A DNA stretch of 23,745 nt, from positions 1 to 23,745 of the forward strand of contig JAWAQK010000038.1 of assembly GCA_038893995.1 (NCBI GenBank), read 5' to 3'. This DNA is from Candidatus Thorarchaeota archaeon (lineage in GTDB: Archaea > Asgardarchaeota > Thorarchaeia > Thorarchaeales > Thorarchaeaceae). The translations under genes and the position numbers were made by a program. Position 1 is the first letter of the stretch; each line of letters opens with the position of its first letter. Below the pieces are notes generated by a model that saw only the letters and a list, made by a program, of their open reading frames with translations, did no database searches and was not told where the DNA came from. Of this stretch, positions 1 through 7,477 are shown in pieces.

Positions 1-371
1 TGGTTGAACACCCTGCAGACAAAGACGAACGTGATGGGTAGCACAGTGATCAGCTTCTGCTGATACAGACTGTCCAGATTGACAGTTATTGGACCGCCAG
101 TCCAGGCACCAGAGGCGTGGATAGTCCCGTTTCTAGCGACGGTATAGTTCTTGGGATTCGGGTCAGAAGGCGTCCAGACGATCTTCTTGCCAAGCGAGCC
201 ATTCTCATACGTCTGATCTGGAGGACTGTTGATCGTCAGTTCTGCCAGATTCTGCGGCCCCGTGACAAGGGGGAAGATGGACCCGACGTATGCACTCGGC
301 CCAGCGTATGAAGTAAGCATCAGTGTGATGAGTAGAAATGCTCCGACAAACCGAATGATCCGTCCGGACAT
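1..371 (-). CDS. Secreted/cell-surface protein with signal peptide and Ig-like beta-sandwich repeat (partial, runs off the left edge)
   Basis: Not in the ORF track; translated by hand from ATG at 371 with GAGG upstream. MSGRIIRFVGAFLLITLMLTSYAG (signal-peptide-like), then LTINSPPDQTYENGSLGKKIVWTPSDPNPKNYTVARNGTIHASGAWTGGPITVNLDSL. No stop before the edge. N-glycosylation sequons NGS, NYT, NGT. Confidence 0.8.
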   Translation of the reverse strand, partial: MSGRIIRFVGAFLLITLMLTSYAGPSAYVGSIFPLVTGPQNLAELTINSPPDQTYENGSLGKKIVWTPSDPNPKNYTVARNGTIHASGAWTGGPITVNLDSLYQQKLITVLPITFVFVCRVFN

Positions 372-425
372 ATTGGAATCCTCAATTCTACCGAAGTCAA
401 CGCTCGGTGCTGGCGACCACGCCTG

Positions 426-436
426 TATTTTATACT
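426..436 (-). promoter_or_regulatory. Putative TATA box for the leftward secreted-protein gene
   Basis: Reverse complement reads AGTATAAAATA, an AT island about 55-65 nt upstream of ATG 371 in a GC-rich intergenic region. Confidence 0.4.
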
Positions 437-587
437 CTTCGGTCAATGGACCACGTATGCGGACCCCTGTGGACGGACAGGATTCACGATACGGATACGG
501 CGTCCCTGTCAATGCTGGTCTTCAGTACGTCCGACATAGCCTATTATAGCTGGTGAGCGATGAGTTCCTGCTGAGAGGCGATCCACC

Positions 588-1508
588 GTGCCCAGAGAAG
601 TACATGCTATCTGGTGGGATGACAATCTGGGCCCGCTTGTTGGTCGGTCGTACCCGGAAGACACAGGACTCACATCCGAAGAGGCGCTCCGCGTGTTCAT
701 GGGGCACGGTATCCATCAGGAGGCCCCGATAGGATACACCAATCTTGGCAAGGGGCTTGTTGTTTCCCTGATGCGCCCACCAAACTGCATTGCTGTGGTG
801 CTCGAGCAGGACGAGGATCCACTGGCAGTCGAGCGTGCCATCATCAGGGTGTGTTCAGAGATAGACTTCAACAGCGACAGGTGGGGCATGGAGCTCCGGC
901 ATGTATTCGAACGCATACAGAAACTCCTGAGGTCTGCGTCACTTGACGAGCTCATTGCCAGACCGGAGATACGAAGGCTAATGGAACACATGGGCGAAGG
1001 ACGAGTGCCGGTCCTGGCTCCTGAGCATGTCCTGATCAGCCGAGTCCGATATCCCGTAGCGATGTCCTACCTCGGCCCGGACGAGGAGGAAACGACAAGA
1101 GTCCTGCACGATCTCGAGGCAGCAGGTCTGCTGGTAGCGAGGAGCTTTGGACGAAGGCTCGTCTGCAGGCAATGTGGACAGTCGGAGGTGAGACTGACTC
1201 TGACCTGTCCCCGGTGCGGGTCTTCGCGTCTTCATGGCGTCTACGGGATCTTCTGCCCACACTGCAGTAGCCGAACAGTTGCAGTACTCCCTGACGAGAT
1301 GACCGAGGTATCCTGCCAGCAATGCAAGGGCAGCATACCTGTGTCTGAGCTACGCGTGCTGGATGTCGAGATACTTTGTGCTGACTGCGGAAACTCCACT
1401 GTAGACGCGAGCATCGTGCTGCACTGCGCGGCGTGCGGCCGGCAGCTGACCAATGTAGATATGCTAGGTGCGACTGGACTTGCCTATTACCCGAAGACAG
1501 ACGGATGA
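588..1508 (+). CDS. uDENN/longin-like N-terminal domain plus TackOD1-like multi-zinc-ribbon domain protein
   Basis: N-terminal AIWWDDNLGPLVGRSYP resembles the uDENN/longin 'FD..xGP....YP' start. The C-terminal half has RYP...VLHDLEAAGLL (wHTH-like) followed by six CxxC pairs: CRQC, CPRC, CPHC, CQQC, CADC, CAAC. GAGG precedes the GTG start. Confidence 0.65.
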   Translation: MPREVHAIWWDDNLGPLVGRSYPEDTGLTSEEALRVFMGHGIHQEAPIGYTNLGKGLVVSLMRPPNCIAVVLEQDEDPLAVERAIIRVCSEIDFNSDRWGMELRHVFERIQKLLRSASLDELIARPEIRRLMEHMGEGRVPVLAPEHVLISRVRYPVAMSYLGPDEEETTRVLHDLEAAGLLVARSFGRRLVCRQCGQSEVRLTLTCPRCGSSRLHGVYGIFCPHCSSRTVAVLPDEMTEVSCQQCKGSIPVSELRVLDVEILCADCGNSTVDASIVLHCAACGRQLTNVDMLGATGLAYYPKTDG

Positions 1509-1525
1509 ATGCCGGAAGGCCTGGT

Positions 1526-3142
1526 CTACTTCTTGGAGGTCGACCGATCCGAGTTGGTCATGTTCCTGACGACCTCGCGGGCCCCCTCGATGATCTTCTC
1601 TGCCTGTCTGGGTGTGATGCCCCTCACCTTAGACGAGAGTTTCGATGGTGACTCCCCTGCGATCCGCAGGGGTGAGTCGTAACCGGCCTGCCTGAGACGC
1701 TCCTCCATCCGTGGTCCGACGCCCGGAATAGTCCTTAGCACACTCTTCCCTTCTGATGTCTCCCCGAGGATCTCCCTCATCTGTTCCTCGCTGATCTCCT
1801 CGGTCGCTTCGGCCAGTTCCAGTTGTGCCCTCACGGATGCTATGTCCTCCTCTGGGACCAGCGACTCGACAGTCTTCCTGATCTCGTGCTCATCGAAGTC
1901 GATTGAGATGTCCTCCATCTCTATCTCACGTCCTAAGAGCTCCTCCGTTGAGGTCGAGGTATAGAGTGCCATGAGCGCCAGTAATATACCAAACTCGTTC
2001 CCCACCCCCGCCACCACGGCGGGCACAGTCCAGCCGAAGGCATGCAGAGAGACCGCCCAGAACAGGCACAGATATCCCACGAAGAAGCACCATATCAGGG
2101 CCACTCGAAGAGCTCTTGTCTTGGGTGGCCCCTGCTCGCTCCACACAAGAAAGACACAGAATCCCAAGAGGTAGCCCTCCACGAGCCTCTCCACTACGAA
2201 CAGTCCTGCATAGTTAGGTGTCGGGTATGCAGGACCGTAGAACGCAGAACCAAATATGGCAAGGAGGGCCAGCAGGAATACAGCTGTGCTGAATATTCTC
2301 CTTCTGCCAACCAGATCCGCTAGTAGCGATGAGGAGAGCACCCCCAGTATGAGCAGGATGGGCTCATATGTCGCAAGGCCCGATGCGTCGGCCAGCGAAA
2401 TGAAGTCATGACCCAACTCGTATGCTCTCTCCGACAGCTTGGTCTCGGTAGCAAAGTACCACAGCATGTATGATGCCATGAGCAGGACGGTAGGAATGAA
2501 GTATGAGCGCACGTTCCCACTACACGCGAGAGCATGAGACTCCCATCTCCAGGGTCGCAGCAAGAGACTGACGACAATCGATACTAATGCAATCGTCTCG
2601 GGAATGTTGGGGCCTCCGGACCACGATGGCCGATTACCTAGACTCCAGTAGTCGATGATGGCGAGTACTGATATCAGGATGACCAAGTATACTCCAACGA
2701 TACGTCCCCTGTACCTGATGGTAACGGTAGTGTTCAGTTGCATCAACCAGCACAGTGAGAACAATGCCAGCCCAGCAAAGGCCGATACTGCAATGGACCA
2801 CTCGAGGTATGGTGTGTAGGGGCTGGGATACCCCATGGCCGAGCCTGATGCCAAGAGAAGGATGGGCACGACCGCAGACAAGCCCATCAGTAGACCACTG
2901 TGACTCACCCTGCAGATGAAGATCGCTGACAATACGAGTATGAGACCCGCTGCGCCCGCGGACGTTCCTAGCATGACAAGTTCGTCCACCAGACCCAGCT
3001 GATCGAGAGATCCGAACATGGAGCGGCTCGTCAATCTGAGGACCACTGATGCCAGGCAGGCCGAGACGGGCGCGTACGACCAGTAGAAAAGTGCCTTCTG
3101 GTAGGGGAAGTTCCTGTACTCAAGCATTCGGTCACCATCCAC
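1526..3142 (-). CDS. MFS-like polytopic membrane protein with C-terminal helix-hairpin-helix (RadA/Rad51 N-terminal-like) domain
   Basis: About 12 hydrophobic segments and an MFS motif-A-like SLLADLVGRRRIF. An acidic linker follows, then LRTIPGVGPRMEERLRQAGYDSPLRIAGESPSKLSSKVRGITPRQAEKIIEGARE (double HhH). Confidence 0.75.
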   Translation of the reverse strand: MDGDRMLEYRNFPYQKALFYWSYAPVSACLASVVLRLTSRSMFGSLDQLGLVDELVMLGTSAGAAGLILVLSAIFICRVSHSGLLMGLSAVVPILLLASGSAMGYPSPYTPYLEWSIAVSAFAGLALFSLCWLMQLNTTVTIRYRGRIVGVYLVILISVLAIIDYWSLGNRPSWSGGPNIPETIALVSIVVSLLLRPWRWESHALACSGNVRSYFIPTVLLMASYMLWYFATETKLSERAYELGHDFISLADASGLATYEPILLILGVLSSSLLADLVGRRRIFSTAVFLLALLAIFGSAFYGPAYPTPNYAGLFVVERLVEGYLLGFCVFLVWSEQGPPKTRALRVALIWCFFVGYLCLFWAVSLHAFGWTVPAVVAGVGNEFGILLALMALYTSTSTEELLGREIEMEDISIDFDEHEIRKTVESLVPEEDIASVRAQLELAEATEEISEEQMREILGETSEGKSVLRTIPGVGPRMEERLRQAGYDSPLRIAGESPSKLSSKVRGITPRQAEKIIEGAREVVRNMTNSDRSTSKK

Positions 3143-3395
3143 TAGCAGTTCTCTCGTACGAACGAATATTGTTTGCGTGTCTGTGTTGATATCCCTTGTT
3201 GGAGCAACGTTGCGGAACGACGGCTACGACGGACTTGGACGCACCGGCTACTGCCCCCGTGGTTCGTTCGATCCCGGACCGACGAAGAGAGTCGGAGACA
3301 CACGAGAGCCAGTGTGGTAGAGCTGAGCCAAAAAACGCTAAGTAGCCGAAGCGAATCTTCCTCGGTCGTGAAATGGCCGGAAGGATAGGATATTC

Positions 3396-5030
3396 TTGTG
3401 TATCGATTCAGTGAAAGTCATAGTTGAGGGAATCTCCACAGGTGTTCCCGCAGTTAGGAGAAAGAGCATGCTCCAGGCAGTCGTGAGTGGCTTACTTGTC
3501 CTATGTATTTCGTTCCTAGTCGCGTTGACCGTGATCTTCCTAGCAACCGATTCCCTGGTGACCGTATCTGACTACATTCGACTCTCGTCTACGGCGGCAA
3601 TGGTTGGGGGGGCATGCGCCATCCTGCTGGTGATTGATAGACGCGTGAAGAATGAATTTCCCTCAGTCCTACTGCTACTGGTCATGCTAGTGGCCATCTC
3701 TGGGGCAGACGACCCTATCCAGATCGCCGCGGGGCGCTCCGTGTTCATGCTGGCAGTGCCCATTGTCCTTTCCGGAATGATTACGCGGCCTGCTGTCACT
3801 TTCCTGGCGGCTGCGGCATCAGGTGTCATACTAGTTGTATCTGCATTACGTGCAGGCATTGTTCCCAGCCTACCCACACTTGTGGGGTTTGCAGGACTGG
3901 CAATCATCATCTGGGCGTGGTCCTACGCGCTCGAACTGAGTGCAGAGTATCTCCGGTCGAGCAGGGACCAGTATAGGCTCCTCACTGACAACATCCAAGA
4001 CGTGATAGTTGCGGTCGACCTGTCAGGTCGTGTGGTATTCGTCAGCGAATCGGTCGAGCGGTTGTTGGGATACAGACCTGAAGAGGTCATTGGTAAGGAC
4101 CTGGTCAGCTTTGTAGTTCCAGAATCAAGAGCAGCAGCGCTTGAAGCGCATCAGCAGTTGATGTCTCCTGTGACTTCTCACCTGGCGCCGGAGAGTGTGG
4201 AGCTTGAGGTCCTTCGGGCTGACGGCTCTCGAAGATGGGTAGAGGTCGTTCGTTCACTGACCATAAGTCCCAGTGGTGAGCTGGTCGGTGCGGTCGGAGT
4301 GGTCCGGGAGATAGAAAAGCGAAAGAATGCAGAGATGCAGCTTCAGCAGGCCCTGAGGTTGTCGGACTTCTACACTGACCTCATGGCGCATGACATCTCG
4401 AACGTGAATCAGGCCATGATGATCTCGCTTGAGCTCCTGAGGAATCGGATCGGACCAGACCCCAGTTCTCAGGAACTCCTCAATGCCGCCTCAAGCCAGC
4501 TGCAACAATGTATTCAGCTGGTCGACAAGGTCAGACTTCACGCAAGTCTGAGGAAGCTTCCCAAGGCTCTGAGGCCTCTTGACATATCGATGTCCCTCTC
4601 TGAGGCCATCAATGTCGCAAGAAACTCATTCCCGGACAGGAATGTGCATGTCCATAGTGCGGTCCCGTGTGGAGAGTTCTTCGTGAATGCGGATGAGTTC
4701 CTGTTTGAACTCCTATACAACCTGCTTCATAACAGCATCAAGTACGACAGCTCGAGGGAGGTCATCATCAATGTGAGCGCAGAGAGACACGGGAACGACT
4801 CTGTAACTATTGTCATAGACGATCGTGCAGGGGGAATGAGCGACGACATCCGGGAGTGGCTGTCCTCTGATTCCGCTGACCCTGTGCATCCGAAGAAACG
4901 CCTCGGTCTGGTATTAGTGAGGCAGATCGTGAAGCGGTACGGCGGGTCTCTCCGTGCAGAGGATCTAGAAGTTGATGGAAAGAGAGGAACTAGTATCCGG
5001 ATCACCTTTCCCTTGGCTCCCCGACCATGA
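3396..5030 (+). CDS. Membrane-bound PAS-domain sensor histidine kinase (start uncertain: 3396, 3411 or 3468)
   Basis: About 5-6 N-terminal TM helices; PAS domain (YRLLTDNIQDVIVAVDLSGRVVFVSESVERLLGYRPEEVIGK...RADGSRRWVEV); H-box LMAHDISN; N-box LLYNLLHNSIKY; atypical G1 DDRAGGM and G2 RLGLVLV; C-terminal GTSIRITFP. Confidence 0.9.
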   Translation: MCIDSVKVIVEGISTGVPAVRRKSMLQAVVSGLLVLCISFLVALTVIFLATDSLVTVSDYIRLSSTAAMVGGACAILLVIDRRVKNEFPSVLLLLVMLVAISGADDPIQIAAGRSVFMLAVPIVLSGMITRPAVTFLAAAASGVILVVSALRAGIVPSLPTLVGFAGLAIIIWAWSYALELSAEYLRSSRDQYRLLTDNIQDVIVAVDLSGRVVFVSESVERLLGYRPEEVIGKDLVSFVVPESRAAALEAHQQLMSPVTSHLAPESVELEVLRADGSRRWVEVVRSLTISPSGELVGAVGVVREIEKRKNAEMQLQQALRLSDFYTDLMAHDISNVNQAMMISLELLRNRIGPDPSSQELLNAASSQLQQCIQLVDKVRLHASLRKLPKALRPLDISMSLSEAINVARNSFPDRNVHVHSAVPCGEFFVNADEFLFELLYNLLHNSIKYDSSREVIINVSAERHGNDSVTIVIDDRAGGMSDDIREWLSSDSADPVHPKKRLGLVLVRQIVKRYGGSLRAEDLEVDGKRGTSIRITFPLAPRP

Positions 5031-5122
5031 CCGATCATGACGGCAGAACAGGGTACATCGCGACCGAATGGCAGTGGAGACCGGAGAGATGCCTGGCGAC
5101 TGCACCAGTGCGGCTGCCACAG

Positions 5123-5138
5123 ACGAGATACCTTAAAT
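5123..5138 (+). promoter_or_regulatory. Putative BRE/TATA promoter of the longin-longin-MinD unit
   Basis: ACGAGATACCTTAAAT, with TTAAAT at 5133-5138 about 40 nt upstream of TTG 5177, and a GGAGGAG RBS at 5164-5170. Confidence 0.5.
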
Positions 5139-5176
5139 TCGATTCATGCAGTCAGCATCGGACGGAGGAGATAGAC

Positions 5177-6085
5177 TTGGCTACCTCTCGCCTGAAGATA
5201 CAGGAATTCATGATCCTCACGGCCGGAGGCGTGCCGTTGTTCATATACTCCTCCACGCAGCAGAGACGACTTGACGAGCTCATCTCCGGATTCCTCACTG
5301 CAATAACGAGCTTCGCCTCTGAGTTCGGGGAGAAGTCTGTACAGAGCCTCTCGTTCGAGGGGTCGGAGATCCTGTATGAGCATTCTGGAAGTGAATACAT
5401 ATTCATCCTGCTGGCGGACGCAGATGCGCCGAACAGAGTATTGAGGGCGGTCCTCCGGGACCTGAAACACAAGTTCCTTCAGCGGTACGGCAACATACCC
5501 AGGATTGGAGTCGACTTTGAGGGGGCATATGCAGACTTTGAGGGTGAGGTGAAGCGGGCGTTCTCTTTCTATGAGGGCGTCCTAGTTACAATGAGCAGTC
5601 TGACATCGTTTGCGATACCGCTGCTCAACAGACCTGCCCTCGAGGCTGCCTCAGCAGGTGTTGGCATTCTGGACGAGTTCCATAGGGACTTTGGGACGAT
5701 GGGGACTCGGGTTCTCGAGGGTATTGACGGGAAACGTACGGTGTCGGAGATCAGCGAACAACTGGGAATCGGACTGGAGGATGTGAAGGAGGTAATCGAG
5801 TACCTCGCCATATGGGGCATCGTGAGGTTGGCGAAGGCATGTCCCCTCGTCAGGCCGGGCAACACTAGATTTGATGCATTCATTGAACTTGTGGGACTGC
5901 CGTCCAAGGACCATCAACTTCTCACCCGGGCAAAACCACTATGCAACGGGACAAGATCAATAGAGGAGATAAGTGAACGATTGGGTGTGACGCCAGAGAG
6001 ACTACATGAGGTCCTCTCCAAGGTTGGAGACAGCATCGAGTGGAGGCTGACGCAGATCACCCCCGCTGCTGGTGACAGACGATAG
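5177..6085 (+). CDS. Longin domain plus tandem winged-helix protein A (NPRL2/NPRL3-like architecture)
   Basis: Start moved from 5027 to in-frame TTG 5177 (RBS GGAGGAG; aligns with the N-terminus of the paralog). Longin pattern IQEFMILTAGGVPLF...LISGFLTAITSFASEF...VLRDLKHKFLQRY. Two wHTH-like units: RVLEGIDGKRTVSEISEQLGIGLEDVKEVIEYLAIWGIV and PLCNGTRSIEEISERLGVTPERLHEVL. Confidence 0.8.
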   Translation: MATSRLKIQEFMILTAGGVPLFIYSSTQQRRLDELISGFLTAITSFASEFGEKSVQSLSFEGSEILYEHSGSEYIFILLADADAPNRVLRAVLRDLKHKFLQRYGNIPRIGVDFEGAYADFEGEVKRAFSFYEGVLVTMSSLTSFAIPLLNRPALEAASAGVGILDEFHRDFGTMGTRVLEGIDGKRTVSEISEQLGIGLEDVKEVIEYLAIWGIVRLAKACPLVRPGNTRFDAFIELVGLPSKDHQLLTRAKPLCNGTRSIEEISERLGVTPERLHEVLSKVGDSIEWRLTQITPAAGDRR

Positions 6086-6152
6086 AGTCGTCCCGACGCG
6101 ATGAATCATGGGTCCAGATACCGTGCAACATGGCGGACAGGAGGCCACATGA

Positions 6153-7460
6153 TTGGTCAGAGAGATCATTGTACTCAGGGACACGGGCATTCCACTGCAC
6201 AACTACAGTGTGGACAGTAGGGAGAGGCTTGATGTTGTCGTGGCGGCATTCCTCTCCGCCATAGGCTCAATGGCTGAGACCATCAGTGAGAGCCAGATAC
6301 GGACTATTGCATTCTCCGAGAGCAAGTTTGTCTGGGTCAAGAAGGGAGACCTGTATCTGGTGGCACTGATCGGGGAGAGGGAAGACGCAGACATCTACCG
6401 TGTCATACTGCAGGAACTGTCTGAACGGTTCGTGAGCATGTTCTACTCGGAACTCCTGAAGGATGAGCCTGATCATAGAGCCTTCAGGAGCTTCACGGAT
6501 GTCGTCGATGCAACCCTCCAGAAGTTCGATGGCATACCCGGTCTCCGCAGGAGACACAGGACCGCGTCTCTTCCGCAGTCTGAGCTCCGGAGGCTCAGGC
6601 AGGCCCTCACCGAGGCTGAGAAACACAACATTGTACACCGGGGCGCTGTAGTCACGACTGACGGCCACGTCATCATTTCGGACCTACGATCGGATGAGCT
6701 AGAAGCGTTTCTCGAGACAAGAGAGTCCGTGCTGGCCGGATTGGGCTCAGGATCGGAACCACTCACGATTGTCCACACGAGCCTCGATCCTGTGACATCG
6801 TTTCTTGTCGCGCGGGTCGATGGTGACTCGTTATGCGTCTTTGTGACCAGGTCCGGGCTGGACTCTGAACACTATGATGATGTCCTCACGCCGTTCCTGT
6901 CAGAGTGTTCAACAATAGACTTCTCACTCATGAGGAGACACGAACCCATCGGCGCTACACGTCCGCTCCGTTTCTATGAGTACGATGCCGTGATACCACT
7001 CCTGCCCACAAGTGTGGCAGCGGATCCGTCGAGAGAACCACTTGCAAGCATGCCAAGGACAGTGGCTGCACGAGCGTTGGCTCTACTACGTGCGGTTGAC
7101 GGACGACTCACACTTGCAGAACTGTCTGAGTCTACAGACCTCGACATAGATGAACTGACCGAGACACTGGCGATACTGATATCAAGAAGAGTTGTGAGGA
7201 TGGCACCGTTGTACCCTGTACTGCGGAGCGATGACTCACGATTCATGACCTATCTTGAGGTCGTAGGAATGCCTAAGAGAGACTACGAGGTCATAAAGAA
7301 CGTGTTCGACTCTTGCGATGGAACTCACTCGTTGAGAGATATCGCCGAGAAGACAGGAGTACCAACCTCGAGGGTGCTTGAGGCCCTCAGGGGAATGGGA
7401 ACACACGTCGAATGGAGGACAGAAAGGGCCTCGACGGGACCTCCCGATGGAACAGACTAG
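6153..7460 (+). CDS. Longin plus roadblock/LC7-like plus tandem winged-helix protein B (paralog of protein A)
   Basis: TTG start with GGAGG upstream. Longin VREIIVLRDTGIPLH...VVAAFLSAIGSMAETI. Middle RGAVVTTDGHVIISDL matches the roadblock beta-hairpin pattern. wHTH units LLRAVDGRLTLAELSESTDLDIDELTETLAILISRRVV and SCDGTHSLRDIAEKTGVPTSRVLEAL. Confidence 0.8.
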   Translation: MVREIIVLRDTGIPLHNYSVDSRERLDVVVAAFLSAIGSMAETISESQIRTIAFSESKFVWVKKGDLYLVALIGEREDADIYRVILQELSERFVSMFYSELLKDEPDHRAFRSFTDVVDATLQKFDGIPGLRRRHRTASLPQSELRRLRQALTEAEKHNIVHRGAVVTTDGHVIISDLRSDELEAFLETRESVLAGLGSGSEPLTIVHTSLDPVTSFLVARVDGDSLCVFVTRSGLDSEHYDDVLTPFLSECSTIDFSLMRRHEPIGATRPLRFYEYDAVIPLLPTSVAADPSREPLASMPRTVAARALALLRAVDGRLTLAELSESTDLDIDELTETLAILISRRVVRMAPLYPVLRSDDSRFMTYLEVVGMPKRDYEVIKNVFDSCDGTHSLRDIAEKTGVPTSRVLEALRGMGTHVEWRTERASTGPPDGTD

Positions 7461-7474
7461 AAGTGGGACGATAC
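7446..7474 (+). repeat. Isolated degenerate copy of the CRISPR repeat overlapping the protein B stop codon
   Basis: GATGGAA-CAGACTAGAAGT-GGGACGATAC versus repeat GTTTGAATCAGACTAGAAGTAGGGTTGAAAC: 12-nt exact core (7453-7464), 24 of 31 positions identical with two single-base gaps. Could be chance. Confidence 0.35.
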
Positions 7475-7477
7475 TAT

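Noticed and set aside
3266-3275. GTTCGATCCC resembling a tRNA T-loop
   Set aside because: The flanks do not form a T stem, and no acceptor or anticodon arms could be built.
5027-5176. 50-aa N-terminal extension of longin protein A from the ATG overlapping the kinase stop (ATGA)
   Set aside because: The extension has no counterpart in paralog B and contains a TATA-like element and a strong RBS before TTG 5177. The later start is preferred, although translational coupling cannot be fully excluded.
7412-7477. Longer MinD start overlapping protein B
   Set aside because: MinD-family proteins begin just before the first beta strand (MTGKIISI); ATG 7478 fits and avoids the overlap.
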